Assembly: GCA_963744995.1 (NCBI GenBank)
Contig: CAVUWA010000002.1
Coordinates: 1,120,001 to 1,184,000 of the forward strand
DNA from: Candidatus Eiseniibacteriota bacterium
GTDB lineage: Bacteria; Eisenbacteria; RBG-16-71-46
DNA length: 64,000 nt
Direction of reading: 5' to 3'
The notes beneath the pieces were generated by a model. The model was not told the origin of the DNA. It saw only the letters and a list, made by a program, of their open reading frames with translations, and did no database searches. Every line of letters starts with the position of its first letter. Within the stretch, counting starts at the first letter, position 1. Made by a program: the position numbers and the translations under genes. This document shows positions 25,868 through 35,876 of the stretch, piece after piece.

Positions 25868-27712
25868 TCAGACGCCGAGCGTCTCCTGCTGTGCCACCTG
25901 CAGACGCTCGAGGCGCAGCCGGTTGTAGGCCGACATCACGTCGTGCCGTGAGATCAGGCCGACGACCTGCTTGCCCGCCGACGTGCGCGTCACCGGCAGC
26001 TCCTCCACGTCGAGCGACACGAAGCGCTGCATGACCACGTTGAGGTCCTCGTCGAGCGACACCGTGACCGCCGGGGCGGTCATGATCTCGTGCGCGATCA
26101 CCATGTCGGCGGCGTCGCCGCGGTCGAGCAGCGCGCGGATGTCGTTCGCCGACAGGATTCCGACCAGCTTGCCGTCGGCGTCGACCACCGGAAAGTGGTG
26201 CTGGGTGGATTCCCCGAACACGCGCAGGACCTCGCGCAGCGGCGCCGTCTGCAGAATCGTAGTGGGGGGTGGTCCGCTCATGACGTCCCGCACCTTGAGG
26301 TCGGTGAGGATGTCCACGAAGATCGCGCCGCGGTAGGCCGGCGAGTCGAGACGGTTCGGCACCTGGCTGCGGTAGAGCTTCCAGCGACGCCCGATCAGGA
26401 ACGACAGGGCGCATACCCACAGCGCCGGCAGCAGCAGATGATAGTTCCCGGTCATCTCGGAGACCATGACCAGCGTCGAGATCGGGGTCTTCGCGGCGGC
26501 CGCGAAGAATCCGGCCATTCCGACGACCACGAACGCGCCCGGCTGGGTGACGACGTCCGGCATCAGCTGCTGCGCCACCAGGCCGACGATGCCGCCGATG
26601 CTGCCGCCGATCACCATCGAGGGACCGAACACGCCGGCCGAGCCGCCGGAGCCGATCGACAGGCCGGTGGTGACCATCTTGCCGAGCGCAATGGCGAGCA
26701 GCACCGCGATCGGCAGCTGGCCGTTGATCGCGCGCTGCAGCCCGCCGTAGCCGAACGACATCACGTTCAGCACCTGTTCGTTGCGCAGCGTCAGGTAGAG
26801 GGCGAGGCCCAGGGTGCCGCCGATCAGGCCGCCCAGCGCCGGCTTCAGCCACTCCGGCATCTTGAGGTCGTGGAAGCCGTCGTGCAGGCGGTAGAAGATG
26901 GTCACGAACAGACCCGCGCCGATCGCCGACAGCAGCGCCAGCGCCGTGTAGGGGAGCAGCTCCCACGGCGAGTGGAACGAGAAGTCGGGCGTCGCGAACA
27001 GCGCGCCGAAGCCGAACTTCAGCGAGAACACGCAGTACGCCACGATGCTCGACATGGCGGCCGGAATCACGACGTCGGACTCGAACTCGGGGTCCGAGTA
27101 CAGGATCTCCGCCGAGAACAGAGCGCCCGCGAGCGGGGCGCGGAAGATGCTGCCCACGCCGGCGCCGACGCCCGCGGCGAGCAGGATCCGCCGGTCGCGC
27201 TCGGAGAGGCCGAGCCGCGTCGCCAGGAACGAGCCGAAGCCCGCGCCGATCTGCGCGATCGGACCCTCACGGCCGCCGGAACCGCCCGAGCCCAGCGTCA
27301 GCGCCGAGGCGATCGTCTTGATGATCGGCACGTTCCAGCGGATGTAGCCGCCCTTCTGGTGGAAGGCTTCGACCGCGGCGTCGGTGCCGTGCCCGGCCGC
27401 CTCCGGGGCGAAGCGCTGCACCAGAATGCCGCAGAGGATGCCGCCCAGCATCGGCACGATCGGCAGCATCCACGGCCGGAACACCGTACGGGTGGCCGCG
27501 AACAGGGGGATATCGCCGGCGGGTCCCTCCGGCCGGTAGCCGGAGAGCAGATCCAGCATGTAGTGGTGCCCGAGTTCGCTCAGGTACTGGAAGGCGACGG
27601 CGCCTGCACCGGCGACGAGCCCGATGAGGACGCTGTAGATGAGGGCGCGACCGACGCGGCGCAGATTGAGTTGTTCGAGGGAGCGTTCAAGGTGGTGTTG
27701 GACAGGGCGCAC
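25868..27712 (-). CDS. ClC-family chloride channel/H+ exchanger with CBS pair
   Basis: [26 protein letters not shown] and two CBS domains; start approximate. Confidence 0.92.
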   Translation of the reverse strand: MRPVQHHLERSLEQLNLRRVGRALIYSVLIGLVAGAGAVAFQYLSELGHHYMLDLLSGYRPEGPAGDIPLFAATRTVFRPWMLPIVPMLGGILCGILVQRFAPEAAGHGTDAAVEAFHQKGGYIRWNVPIIKTIASALTLGSGGSGGREGPIAQIGAGFGSFLATRLGLSERDRRILLAAGVGAGVGSIFRAPLAGALFSAEILYSDPEFESDVVIPAAMSSIVAYCVFSLKFGFGALFATPDFSFHSPWELLPYTALALLSAIGAGLFVTIFYRLHDGFHDLKMPEWLKPALGGLIGGTLGLALYLTLRNEQVLNVMSFGYGGLQRAINGQLPIAVLLAIALGKMVTTGLSIGSGGSAGVFGPSMVIGGSIGGIVGLVAQQLMPDVVTQPGAFVVVGMAGFFAAAAKTPISTLVMVSEMTGNYHLLLPALWVCALSFLIGRRWKLYRSQVPNRLDSPAYRGAIFVDILTDLKVRDVMSGPPPTTILQTAPLREVLRVFGESTQHHFPVVDADGKLVGILSANDIRALLDRGDAADMVIAHEIMTAPAVTVSLDEDLNVVMQRFVSLDVEELPVTRTSAGKQVVGLISRHDVMSAYNRLRLERLQVAQQETLGV

Positions 27713-27816
27713 GATCGGGCACCCTAACACAAGCGCCGCCCCCGCTGCCGGAGGGCGGCGGAACGCCCGCGCTGCGGTATGCTGCGCCGAAGTTCCCGTA
27801 TGGAAAGGAGAGCCCC

Positions 27817-28212
27817 ATGCCTCCACGCCCGGTCCGTCGGGCCGCGCTCGCGGTGACGGCCGCCTGCGCGGCCGTGGTGGCGCTCGGCGGCTGTGCCGCC
27901 ACCCGGCCGCAGGCGTCCGCGCCCGCGAGCGAGACCGGCGTCGCCTCGTACTACTCCGCCGCCTTCCACAATGGCCGCACCGCGAGCGGCGAGCGCTACA
28001 GCAAGTACGAGATGACCGCTGCGCACCGCACGCTGCCGTTCGGCACCCGCGTGCGCGTGACCAACCTCGACAACGGCCGCCACGTGGTCGTGCGGATCAA
28101 CGACCGCGGACCGTTCGTCAAGGGGCGGGTCATCGACCTCTCGTACGCGGCGGCGCGCAAGCTCCACATGGTGCGCGCGGGCACGGCGCACGTGCGGATC
28201 GATCCCCTCTAG
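27817..28212 (+). CDS. rlpA: Septal ring lytic transglycosylase RlpA (lipoprotein)
   Basis: LGGC lipobox, [25 protein letters not shown]...IDLS. Confidence 0.93.
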   Translation: MPPRPVRRAALAVTAACAAVVALGGCAATRPQASAPASETGVASYYSAAFHNGRTASGERYSKYEMTAAHRTLPFGTRVRVTNLDNGRHVVVRINDRGPFVKGRVIDLSYAAARKLHMVRAGTAHVRIDPL

Positions 28213-29798
28213 GGCCGCTCCGGCGCGGGCGGCACGCGTGCGTAGCGCACGACCCGCACCGGACCGCTGCTCGATCGGAACACGCGCTCGTCGAGCCGCG
28301 CACGGCCCTGGCCGGCGACGACCTCGGCGCGCCGCGCGACTTCGCGGCGCACGTCGGAATTCGCGCTGCGGATCACGACCCAGACCTCGTCGAAGCCGGC
28401 CGTCTCGGCACGCGCGCGCGCTTCGACCTCGTCGAGCTGCGCGCGCGTGAAGCTCGAGGCGAACGGATCGGCCGGATGCGAGACCTCGAACACGTCCGGC
28501 GCCTGTGCACGGTTGCGGAAGTAGTAGCGCATGGCGTCGTCGTCGAACGGCACAAGCACCGCCACCGAGGTCCCGCCCGCACCGGTGCCGGCGAGCGCGC
28601 CCTGCGCCTCGATGTAGCCCGCGGCGGTGCGCCACGGCTCCTTGGTCCAGGCGGCGTCGTAGCGCCAGACCGCGAATCCCGACGCGGCGAGCAGCAGCAC
28701 GATCCAGATCGCGCGCAACGCCGCCGGGCGCATGCGGAGGGTGCCGTGCGCGATCAGCACGGCAATGAACGGCGTGGTGAACACGAAGTAGCGCGGCAGC
28801 CACAGCGGCGCGCGCAGCGACACCAGGAACACCGCGGCGAGCGGCAGGACCACCGATGCCGCGGCGAAGCGCAGCGTGGCGCCGCGCGGGTCGCGTGCGG
28901 CGAGGGCCGGCAGACAGAGGAGGAGCGGCAGGACCGGCCCGAGGATCAGCAGCCCGTGCGCGACCGAGGCCGGCATCCAGGCCGCCAGCCCCGGCGGCTC
29001 GCCGGGCGCCGCGGTGACGAGCGATACGGGCGAAATCAGGATCGCGCGCAGAGCCAGGAACGTGCCGTGCACGTCGGGCACCGGAACGTACCAGTGGCTC
29101 TGCGGCAGGTGACCGGCCTGCTGGAGGCTCGCGAACAGCCACGGCGCGTAGAGCGCGATCGCCCCCGCCAGCGACAGGAAGAAGCCGCGGGCGTGGCGGC
29201 GGCCCTCGCGCGAGAACAGGATCATTGCGCCGTGGGCGCCGGCGGCGAGCAGGCCGATGGCCTGTGTGTACAAGGCGCCCGCGAGCGCCAGGGCATACCA
29301 GGGCCACCGGTTCGAACGGCCGTGCCACACCGCGCGCGCGAACAGGTACGAGGCCAGCGTCATCCAGGCCGCCACCAGCATGTAGGTGCGCGCCTCCTGC
29401 GCATACATGATCTGGTAGGTCGAGAGCGCGGCGAGGGCCGCCGCCAGCGCGGATTCGGCGCGCGGCGCGAACAGCCGCGCGAAGCGGTACGTGAGCCAGA
29501 CGATCGCCATGGAGGCGAGCACGCTCACCAGCCGCAGCTGGGCCTCGCCGTCGCCCAGCGCGTGGGTCACCGCCGAGGTCAGCATGTAGTAGAGCGGCGG
29601 GCTCGCGTCCTCGTGGATGCAGAAGCGGACGAGATGGGCGAGGGAGCCGTGCGAGGCCGTCCAGGTGCTCGCTTCGTCGGTCCACAGGCTGCGCGCGCCG
29701 AGGTGCCAGATCCGCACCGCGAGCGCGCCGGCCAGCACGAGCCAGACGAGCGCCGCGCCGGCGCGGGAGGGGCGTCGCGGGGCGGCCCGCGTGTTCAT
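28209..29798 (-). CDS. GT39/PMT-like membrane glycosyltransferase
   Basis: [19 protein letters not shown], multi-TM, RYF. Confidence 0.82.
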   Translation of the reverse strand: MNTRAAPRRPSRAGAALVWLVLAGALAVRIWHLGARSLWTDEASTWTASHGSLAHLVRFCIHEDASPPLYYMLTSAVTHALGDGEAQLRLVSVLASMAIVWLTYRFARLFAPRAESALAAALAALSTYQIMYAQEARTYMLVAAWMTLASYLFARAVWHGRSNRWPWYALALAGALYTQAIGLLAAGAHGAMILFSREGRRHARGFFLSLAGAIALYAPWLFASLQQAGHLPQSHWYVPVPDVHGTFLALRAILISPVSLVTAAPGEPPGLAAWMPASVAHGLLILGPVLPLLLCLPALAARDPRGATLRFAAASVVLPLAAVFLVSLRAPLWLPRYFVFTTPFIAVLIAHGTLRMRPAALRAIWIVLLLAASGFAVWRYDAAWTKEPWRTAAGYIEAQGALAGTGAGGTSVAVLVPFDDDAMRYYFRNRAQAPDVFEVSHPADPFASSFTRAQLDEVEARARAETAGFDEVWVVIRSANSDVRREVARRAEVVAGQGRARLDERVFRSSSGPVRVVRYARVPPAPERP

Positions 29799-29835
29799 GC
29801 CGGAAGCCGGCGGCACCGCCGTCTCGCGGGGCCGC

Positions 29836-30915
29836 TCACGACTGGTCCGCGAGCAGGATGTCGACCGTGCGCAGGCCGCTCGCGCCGTCCCCGTACGGGT
29901 TCGGCCAGTCGCGCGCGCGGGCACGCATCTCGCGGGCGCGTGCTTCGATCACGGCGGGGTCGGCGCCGGCGAGCACGTTGGCGCCGACTTCGACCGACTC
30001 GGGACGTTCGGTGTTGTCACGCAGCGTCACGCACGGCACGCGCAGGGTGCAGGCCTCTTCCTGCAGTCCGCCCGAATCGGTCAGCACCAGGTCGGCGCCG
30101 GCGTGGAGACCGAGGAAATCCATGTAGCCGAGCGGCGGCAGGAAGCGCACGCCGTCGCCGGCCTCCAGTCCGAGTGAGGCCAGCTTCTTCTGCGTGCGCG
30201 GATGCAGCGCCGCCAGGACCGGAACGCCGAGCGAGCGGCCGGCGCGCGCGAGGCCCTCGAAGATCCCGCGCAGGCGGGTCTCGTTCTCGACGTTCTCGGC
30301 GCGGTGCACCGTGGCGAGCGCGAATGCGCCGCGTGTGACGTCGAAGCGCTCGAACACTTCGGGCCGCTCGGCGCGCGGCCGCTGCAGCAGCAGTTCGTCC
30401 ACGACCGTATTGCCGGTGACATGGATGCGTTCCGGCTGCACGCCCTCACCGAGCAGGATCCGGCGCGAGGCTTCGGTGGGCGCGAACAGGTAGTCGGCGA
30501 GCTGATCGGTGAGCAGCCGGTTGATCTCCTCGGGCATCGTGCGGTCGTAGGAGCGGAGTCCGGCTTCGACGTGGCCGACGCGGATCCCGAGCTTGTTGGC
30601 GGCGATGCCGGCCGCGAGCACGGAGCTGGTGTCGCCCTCGACCAGCAGCACGTCGGGCCGTTCCTCGACGAGGATCGGCTCCATGCCGAGCACGATGCTG
30701 CCGATCTGGTAGGCCTGCGACCCCGAACCGACCTCGAGGTTGCGGTGCGGCGCGGGCAGATCGAGCTCCCTGAAGAACACGCCGTCCATCTCGAACGAAT
30801 AGTGCTGCCCCGTGTGCAGCAGCACGTAGGGCGTTCCGCGCGTGATGCAGGCGCGCACGATCGGCGCCATCTTGATGATTTCGGGACGCGTGCCGACGAC
30901 GATCGCGATCTTCAC
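29836..30915 (-). CDS. wecB: UDP-N-acetylglucosamine 2-epimerase (non-hydrolysing)
   Basis: GTRPEIIKMAP, HTGQHY, HVEAGLRS, MPEEINR, TDSGGLQEEA, TERPE. Confidence 0.95.
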   Translation of the reverse strand: MKIAIVVGTRPEIIKMAPIVRACITRGTPYVLLHTGQHYSFEMDGVFFRELDLPAPHRNLEVGSGSQAYQIGSIVLGMEPILVEERPDVLLVEGDTSSVLAAGIAANKLGIRVGHVEAGLRSYDRTMPEEINRLLTDQLADYLFAPTEASRRILLGEGVQPERIHVTGNTVVDELLLQRPRAERPEVFERFDVTRGAFALATVHRAENVENETRLRGIFEGLARAGRSLGVPVLAALHPRTQKKLASLGLEAGDGVRFLPPLGYMDFLGLHAGADLVLTDSGGLQEEACTLRVPCVTLRDNTERPESVEVGANVLAGADPAVIEARAREMRARARDWPNPYGDGASGLRTVDILLADQS

Positions 30916-32207
30916 GCGGGAACCTCGGCGTCGAGCCGGCTCATCATGCGCTCCACGGCGTTGCAGCAGGAATTCCAGGAATTGACCTGCGGGTAGACCT
31001 GGGCCGTGGATGCCATGTACAGGCGTCCGGGAATGATCGAGAACGGCGGGCAGACGTCGCGGTAGCCGAGCGTCCAGATCGGCTCGACGAACGGCGCGCG
31101 GAACAGGAACTGGTCGACCACCGTGCGTCCGGCGTCGGGGAAGAGCTCGGCCAGATCCCGGCGGTAGTCCGCGAGCAGTGCTTCGTCCGGCCGCTCGAAG
31201 AGCTCGCTCGAGCGGTGCGTGTAGTTGACGAGGTAGGTCACGTAGAGTCCGTTCGAGCGCTCCAGCGGCACCAGATTCGACATCTCGATCACGCCCTGGC
31301 AGGTCGCGCCGCTGTCCACGATGGGCATCCAGTAGTAGGGCGAGAGCGGTTTCTCGAGCAGGAATACGCCGCTCACCACGCCCTGGTAGTCGAGATCCAG
31401 GTCGCGGACCTTCTGCGGGATCGGCAGCGAGGCCGTCATCCTGCGAAACTGGATCAGCGGCGAAGTGCTCACGACGAGGTCGAACGTCCGGCGCCCACCG
31501 GGCTCGAGCGCGAGCGCCATGCGCTCGCCGTCCTGCTCGATGGCGGTCACCCGCGTGTTCAGGCGGATCTCGGCGCCCCGCGAGGTGAGCGAGCGCTCGA
31601 ATGCGTCGATCAGCGAACGATAACCGTGCTTCAGGCAGCCCTTCGTCTCGCGCTTGACGTTCTTCTCGCGGTTCATGCGGCTCGACAGCCACAGTGCCGG
31701 GATGCCCGAATAACTGTCGCCGAGCTTCGCCACCAGCATCGGCTTCCACAGGATCTCGAACGCACGCTCGCCGATCATTCCGCGGATCCAGTCCGCCACC
31801 GCGATCCGATCGAGGCCGGGGTCCAGCCCGCCGAGCCGCGTGCGGATCGCCATGAGCCCGAGCCGCAGGCGGTCGACGATCGGCAGCGGCGAGAAGCGCA
31901 GCAGATCGGCCGGAGTGTTGAGCGGATACACGCGGCGCCGGTACATGAAGCCCATGTCGGTGCCGCGCCAGAGCAGATCGTCGCCCAGGCCCACGGCGCG
32001 GATCATGCGTACCAGCGCATCGTCGTTGGGGAGAATGCAGTGATAGAAGCGCTCCAGGTGTCCACCCCGATAGGGAAACGTCGTGCCGAGTCCGCCGAGG
32101 AAGTCTTCGCCCTCGAACAGCGTGACCTGGTGGCCACGCTCGGCGAGGTGGAACGCGCTGGCGAGCCCGGAGATGCCGCCACCGATGACCGCCGCGTGCC
32201 TGGACAT
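30912..32207 (-). CDS. FAD-dependent oxidoreductase (amine oxidase/HemY-like, glycosylation-cluster type)
   Basis: VIGGGISGLASA..L, FE....LGGL, LERFYH. Confidence 0.85.
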   Translation of the reverse strand: MSRHAAVIGGGISGLASAFHLAERGHQVTLFEGEDFLGGLGTTFPYRGGHLERFYHCILPNDDALVRMIRAVGLGDDLLWRGTDMGFMYRRRVYPLNTPADLLRFSPLPIVDRLRLGLMAIRTRLGGLDPGLDRIAVADWIRGMIGERAFEILWKPMLVAKLGDSYSGIPALWLSSRMNREKNVKRETKGCLKHGYRSLIDAFERSLTSRGAEIRLNTRVTAIEQDGERMALALEPGGRRTFDLVVSTSPLIQFRRMTASLPIPQKVRDLDLDYQGVVSGVFLLEKPLSPYYWMPIVDSGATCQGVIEMSNLVPLERSNGLYVTYLVNYTHRSSELFERPDEALLADYRRDLAELFPDAGRTVVDQFLFRAPFVEPIWTLGYRDVCPPFSIIPGRLYMASTAQVYPQVNSWNSCCNAVERMMSRLDAEVPA

Positions 32208-32259
32208 GGAATTCCCCCGGGAGACTGGAACGGAAGGCCGAAGTGCCTGCGCCCCACGG

Positions 32260-32287
32260 TTATCGGCCCCCGGCCGGCGATCCTCCA
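32260..32287 (-). promoter_or_regulatory. sigma28-type promoter for the oxidoreductase-wecB-GT39 operon
   Basis: Minus strand TGGAG-N15-GCCGATAA (perfect -10, partial -35), 52 nt upstream of ATG 32207. Confidence 0.55.
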
Positions 32288-32472
32288 GCCGACCGTGGCG
32301 GTGCCGGTGGCGGGGCGCGGAGGCGAGTCGCGGCGAACAGTACGGGCCGATCGGGAGCGCCGCAAACCACCGCGGGATCCGGCGCGGACGCGGGCGCGGC
32401 GCCGCGCCCCTTCGTGACAGACCCGGGCGCAACTCCTAGACTGGTCCGCACGGCGCGTCGCGCGCCGAATCA

Positions 32473-32488
32473 CGGCACGGAGGCCGCT
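32473..32488 (+). promoter_or_regulatory. Possible sigma54 promoter for the deacetylase gene
   Basis: CGGCACGGAGGCCGCT fits GG-N10-GC but lacks the TT before GC. Confidence 0.3.
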
Positions 32489-32538
32489 CCTCGGCGCCGC
32501 GCCGGCACACCCACGCCAACAGGGATCGCGCCGCCGCC

Positions 32539-33468
32539 TTGAATCCCCCGCCCGAACAGACGCCCGCCGTCCGCCGCGTGCCCGCCACGGTCAGCGTGGA
32601 CGTGGATCCGGTGGATCTGCATCTGCTCGGCTACGGGTACCGCCACCTGCCGCCCGATGTTCTGGTGTATCAGAAGGCGATCCCGCGGCTGCTCGGCATC
32701 ATGCAGCGCACCGGCATCCGCGCGACCTTCTTCATCGTGGGCCGCGACGTCCACGCCAACGCGGGCGCGGTCGAGGCGATCGCGGCCGCGGGCCACGAGA
32801 TCGCCAGCCACTCCCAGACCCACCCGATGGCGTTCGGGCGGCTGTCCGACGAACGCATGAGGGCCGAGCTGATGGACTCGAAGGTGGCGCTCGAAGCGGC
32901 CACGGCGGCGCAGGTGATCGGATTCCGTGCGCCGAACTTCGACGTGAGCCAGCGCCTCGTGCATGCGCTCGCCGCATGCGGCTACCGCTACGACGCGTCG
33001 GGCTACCCGACCCCGCTGCTGCTCCCGGTGCGCGCCCTGCTGGCGTTCAAGTCGCGCGATCCGCGCGCGGTGTTCACCCTGCGCGCCTGGCCGTTCACGC
33101 TCGAGCGGCTGCCGTTCGACTGGCGTCAGGGCGGGCAGTCGGTGCGCGAGTATCCGACCACCGTGACGCCGTTCCTGCGGCTGCCGTTCTACCACACGAT
33201 GCGCTACTACCTGCCGCTGTGGCGCTTCAAGGCGCGGCTCCGCTGGTTCGCCGAGCACGGCGAGGCGCTGTCGTATCCGCTGCACGCGGTGGATGCCCTC
33301 GGCAGCGCCGAGGACGGCGTCGACCCGCGGCTCGGCAAGCATCCGGGAATGAACTGGCCGCTCGAGCGTAAGTTGACCATGCTGGAGGAGACGCTCGAGG
33401 CGATCGCCGCGCGCTTCGAGCCCATTCCGTTCAGGGAACGCCTCGCGCGCGACACCGCGCGGACCTGA
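32539..33468 (+). CDS. Polysaccharide deacetylase (CE4) family protein
   Basis: SVDVD, ATFFIVG, GHEIASHSQTH, GFRAPNF, YRYDAS. Confidence 0.9.
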   Translation: MNPPPEQTPAVRRVPATVSVDVDPVDLHLLGYGYRHLPPDVLVYQKAIPRLLGIMQRTGIRATFFIVGRDVHANAGAVEAIAAAGHEIASHSQTHPMAFGRLSDERMRAELMDSKVALEAATAAQVIGFRAPNFDVSQRLVHALAACGYRYDASGYPTPLLLPVRALLAFKSRDPRAVFTLRAWPFTLERLPFDWRQGGQSVREYPTTVTPFLRLPFYHTMRYYLPLWRFKARLRWFAEHGEALSYPLHAVDALGSAEDGVDPRLGKHPGMNWPLERKLTMLEETLEAIAARFEPIPFRERLARDTART

Positions 33469-33486
33469 GTTCGAAAGGAGTCGGCC

Positions 33487-34830
33487 ATGCCCGTCCCACG
33501 CCGTTTCACCATGCTCGCCGCGGTCGCGCTCACGGCCTGCGCAGCCGCCGCCGCCCACGCCGGGCCGAGCGTCACGATCTACTCCGGAAACCTCGCGTAC
33601 GTGCGCGAAACACGCGGCTTCGATCTGGCCGGCGGCCGCGACACGCTGCAGCTCGCGGGCCTGCCCGAGGGCGTCGACGTGAGTTCGATCCGCTTCGAGC
33701 CGGGAAACGGCCTCGCCGTCGCCGGGCTCGCCTGGAACGGCGATCTCGCGAGCGGCGAACGCATGCTCGAGCAGGCGCTCGGCCGGCGCATCTCGGTCGG
33801 GCTGGAGAACGACCACTGGCGCCAGGGCACGCTGCTCGCCGTCGACGGTGCGTGGCTGCTGCTCGGGACGGACGACGGAACCATGAACATCGCGCGCAGC
33901 GAGGTGCACGAGATCGGCTTCCTCGAAGCGCCTGCGCCGGGTCCGGCGCGGCCGCTGCTGGAGGTGGCGCTGGAGGGTGCGAAGCGGGGCCGCGGGACGG
34001 GCGAGTTGTCGTATCTCACCGGCGGTTTTTCGTGGGGCGCCGTCCATACGCTGATCCGCCGCGGCGCCACCGGCGGCGAGTGGAGCGCCGCCGTCACGGT
34101 GTCGAACCAGACCGACGTCGCGTTCACGGACGCGACGCTCAAACTGGTGGCCGGCACGCCGTCGCGCGTCAACGCGCCCGGTCCGCGGCCCTACATGGCG
34201 AAGATGTCGGGCGAAATGATGGCCGCCTCGGCAGCCCCGGACCTCGTGGAGCAGTCGTTCTCCGAATACCACCTCTACTCGCTGCCGCGCCCGGCGACGC
34301 TGCGCGCGCACGGCACGCAGCAGCTGACCATGATCGAGCCGCGCGACGTCCGGCTCACCCCGCGCTACGTGACCAGCGGCGGCGGACCGGTGATGGCGAA
34401 GCTCGAGCTCGTGAACTCGAAGGCGGGAGGACCCGGCGTGCCGCTCGCGGGCGGGATCGTACGGATCTTCGAGCCCGATCCCTCGGGCGCGCTGCAGTTC
34501 ACCGGCGAAGCCCGGATCGGCCACACGCCCGTGGACGAAAAGCTGATGCTCGACGTCGGTCAAGCGTTCGACCTCGTGGCCGAACGGCGTGAGCTTGCGC
34601 AGCGGCGCATCTCCGACCGCGAGCGCGAGTACGACGTGGAGCTGAAGCTGCGCAACCGCCGCAAGGAGGGCGTGACCATCCGCGCAGACGAGCCGATGCG
34701 GGGCGACTACGACATCCTGAAGAAGTCGCAACCGTTCCAGGTCGTGGACGCACGCACGATCCGCTTCGAGGTCCAGGTCCCGGCGGGGAAGGAAGTCACG
34801 GTCACGTACACGGCGCGGATTCGAAGCTAG
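33487..34830 (+). CDS. DUF4139-type exported protein
   Basis: Signal peptide, VTIYSGNLAYVRE, LSYLT.G.SW, EYHLY.L.RP.TL, IGHTP..E. Confidence 0.82.
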   Translation: MPVPRRFTMLAAVALTACAAAAAHAGPSVTIYSGNLAYVRETRGFDLAGGRDTLQLAGLPEGVDVSSIRFEPGNGLAVAGLAWNGDLASGERMLEQALGRRISVGLENDHWRQGTLLAVDGAWLLLGTDDGTMNIARSEVHEIGFLEAPAPGPARPLLEVALEGAKRGRGTGELSYLTGGFSWGAVHTLIRRGATGGEWSAAVTVSNQTDVAFTDATLKLVAGTPSRVNAPGPRPYMAKMSGEMMAASAAPDLVEQSFSEYHLYSLPRPATLRAHGTQQLTMIEPRDVRLTPRYVTSGGGPVMAKLELVNSKAGGPGVPLAGGIVRIFEPDPSGALQFTGEARIGHTPVDEKLMLDVGQAFDLVAERRELAQRRISDREREYDVELKLRNRRKEGVTIRADEPMRGDYDILKKSQPFQVVDARTIRFEVQVPAGKEVTVTYTARIRS

Positions 34831-34858
34831 GCGCGCCACCGCGGCGCGCCGGCCGGCC

Positions 34859-34894
34859 GGGAAGGGGACCGCCCCTGCGGGCGGTCCCCTTCCC
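34859..34894. terminator. Perfect 16-bp hairpin after the DUF4139 gene
   Basis: GGGAAGGGGACCGCCC-CTGC-GGGCGGTCCCCTTCCC. Confidence 0.6.
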
Positions 34895-34929
34895 GTGGCG
34901 CCGCCCGCGGGCATGGCCCGCCGCCCGGC

Positions 34930-34957
34930 TCAAGCACCGCCTCCGCTGTGTCGATAA
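34930..34957 (+). promoter_or_regulatory. sigma28-type promoter for the beta-barrel gene
   Basis: TCAAG-N15-GTCGATAA, 44 nt before ATG 35002. Confidence 0.7.
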
Positions 34958-35001
34958 CAGGGCGGGGTCGATCCCGGCCCCACGGGACCACGGAGGACCC
35001 C

Positions 35002-35730
35002 ATGAAGGCCGCACGGATGCTGTCGCTCGCGCTGCTCGCGCTCGTGAGTTTCACCCCCTCCACCGCACACGCCTGGCTGGACCCGTACGTCCGCGTGGGA
35101 TTCGGTGGCCACCAGGCGAAGATGGAAGACGCCAACGCCGCCATCAAGAGCTCCATCGAGTGGGCGCAGGCCGGCGGCCTTCCGGTCTCCCCCAAGTCCG
35201 TGGGCCCGGGCTACGGCCCGGCCGTCTCGGCCGGCCTGTGGCTGGTCCCCGGCCTGCGCGTCGGCGCGACGTACGCAACCCAGCGGTCGACGGCCCCGCA
35301 CGAGTACCGCCAGCCCGGCTACCTGTACGCCGACGACTTCCAGTTCGACCTGGAGGAGTACGGTCTCGAAGCCGCGGTCCGGGTTCCGCGGCTCGCCGGA
35401 TTCAGCTTCGGTGGCCACATGGCGGAGGGAAAGGCGCAGATGACCGAGCACTTCGCGCTCGAGAACGTGCACGGCAACTACTACGAGGACATCCGCGCGG
35501 AGCGGAAGCGCAGGACCTACGCCGTGTTCTTCGGTTTCGACCAGACCACCGAAAGGGGGCTGGCCGGCTTCCTGCAGGTCGGCTACCACTGGCGCGACAT
35601 GGGTTCGCTCCCCGGCTACGACGTGATCGACGACAACGGCACGATCACGCGCATCCCCGGCGAGACGGTGCCGATGGACTACAGCGGCTGGTCCGTGCGC
35701 CTGGGGGCGGGCTACGACCTGAGGTGGTGA
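35002..35730 (+). CDS. Outer-membrane beta-barrel protein
   Basis: Signal peptide ending AHA, alternating beta-strands, C-terminal LGAGYDLRW; GGAGG RBS. Confidence 0.8.
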   Translation: MKAARMLSLALLALVSFTPSTAHAWLDPYVRVGFGGHQAKMEDANAAIKSSIEWAQAGGLPVSPKSVGPGYGPAVSAGLWLVPGLRVGATYATQRSTAPHEYRQPGYLYADDFQFDLEEYGLEAAVRVPRLAGFSFGGHMAEGKAQMTEHFALENVHGNYYEDIRAERKRRTYAVFFGFDQTTERGLAGFLQVGYHWRDMGSLPGYDVIDDNGTITRIPGETVPMDYSGWSVRLGAGYDLRW

Positions 35731-35876
35731 GCCGGGCAGACCCCGACGGCCGTTCCGCCGGGGCCCCGATGCTACGAGTGGCCACCTTGCCCGCATTCCC
35801 GCAAGGCGGATGATGGAACGGCCGGTAGCGCGCGTGCGCCTCGCCGCCGCTCCCGTGCGAAAGGCGGTGCGCGGCC

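Noticed and set aside
23391..26966. Very long alternative-frame and antisense ORFs (for example 1191 aa here, 15754-18282, 27639-30338, 50862-53696)
   Set aside because: Arg/Ala/Gly-rich shadow frames of recognisable genes, expected when stop codons are scarce in GC-rich DNA; no domain motifs.
35747..35870. Inverted repeat CGGCCGTTCC/GGAACGGCCG and GNRA-like loops before maeB as a riboswitch
   Set aside because: No match to any riboswitch consensus I can recognise; an Rfam search would be needed.
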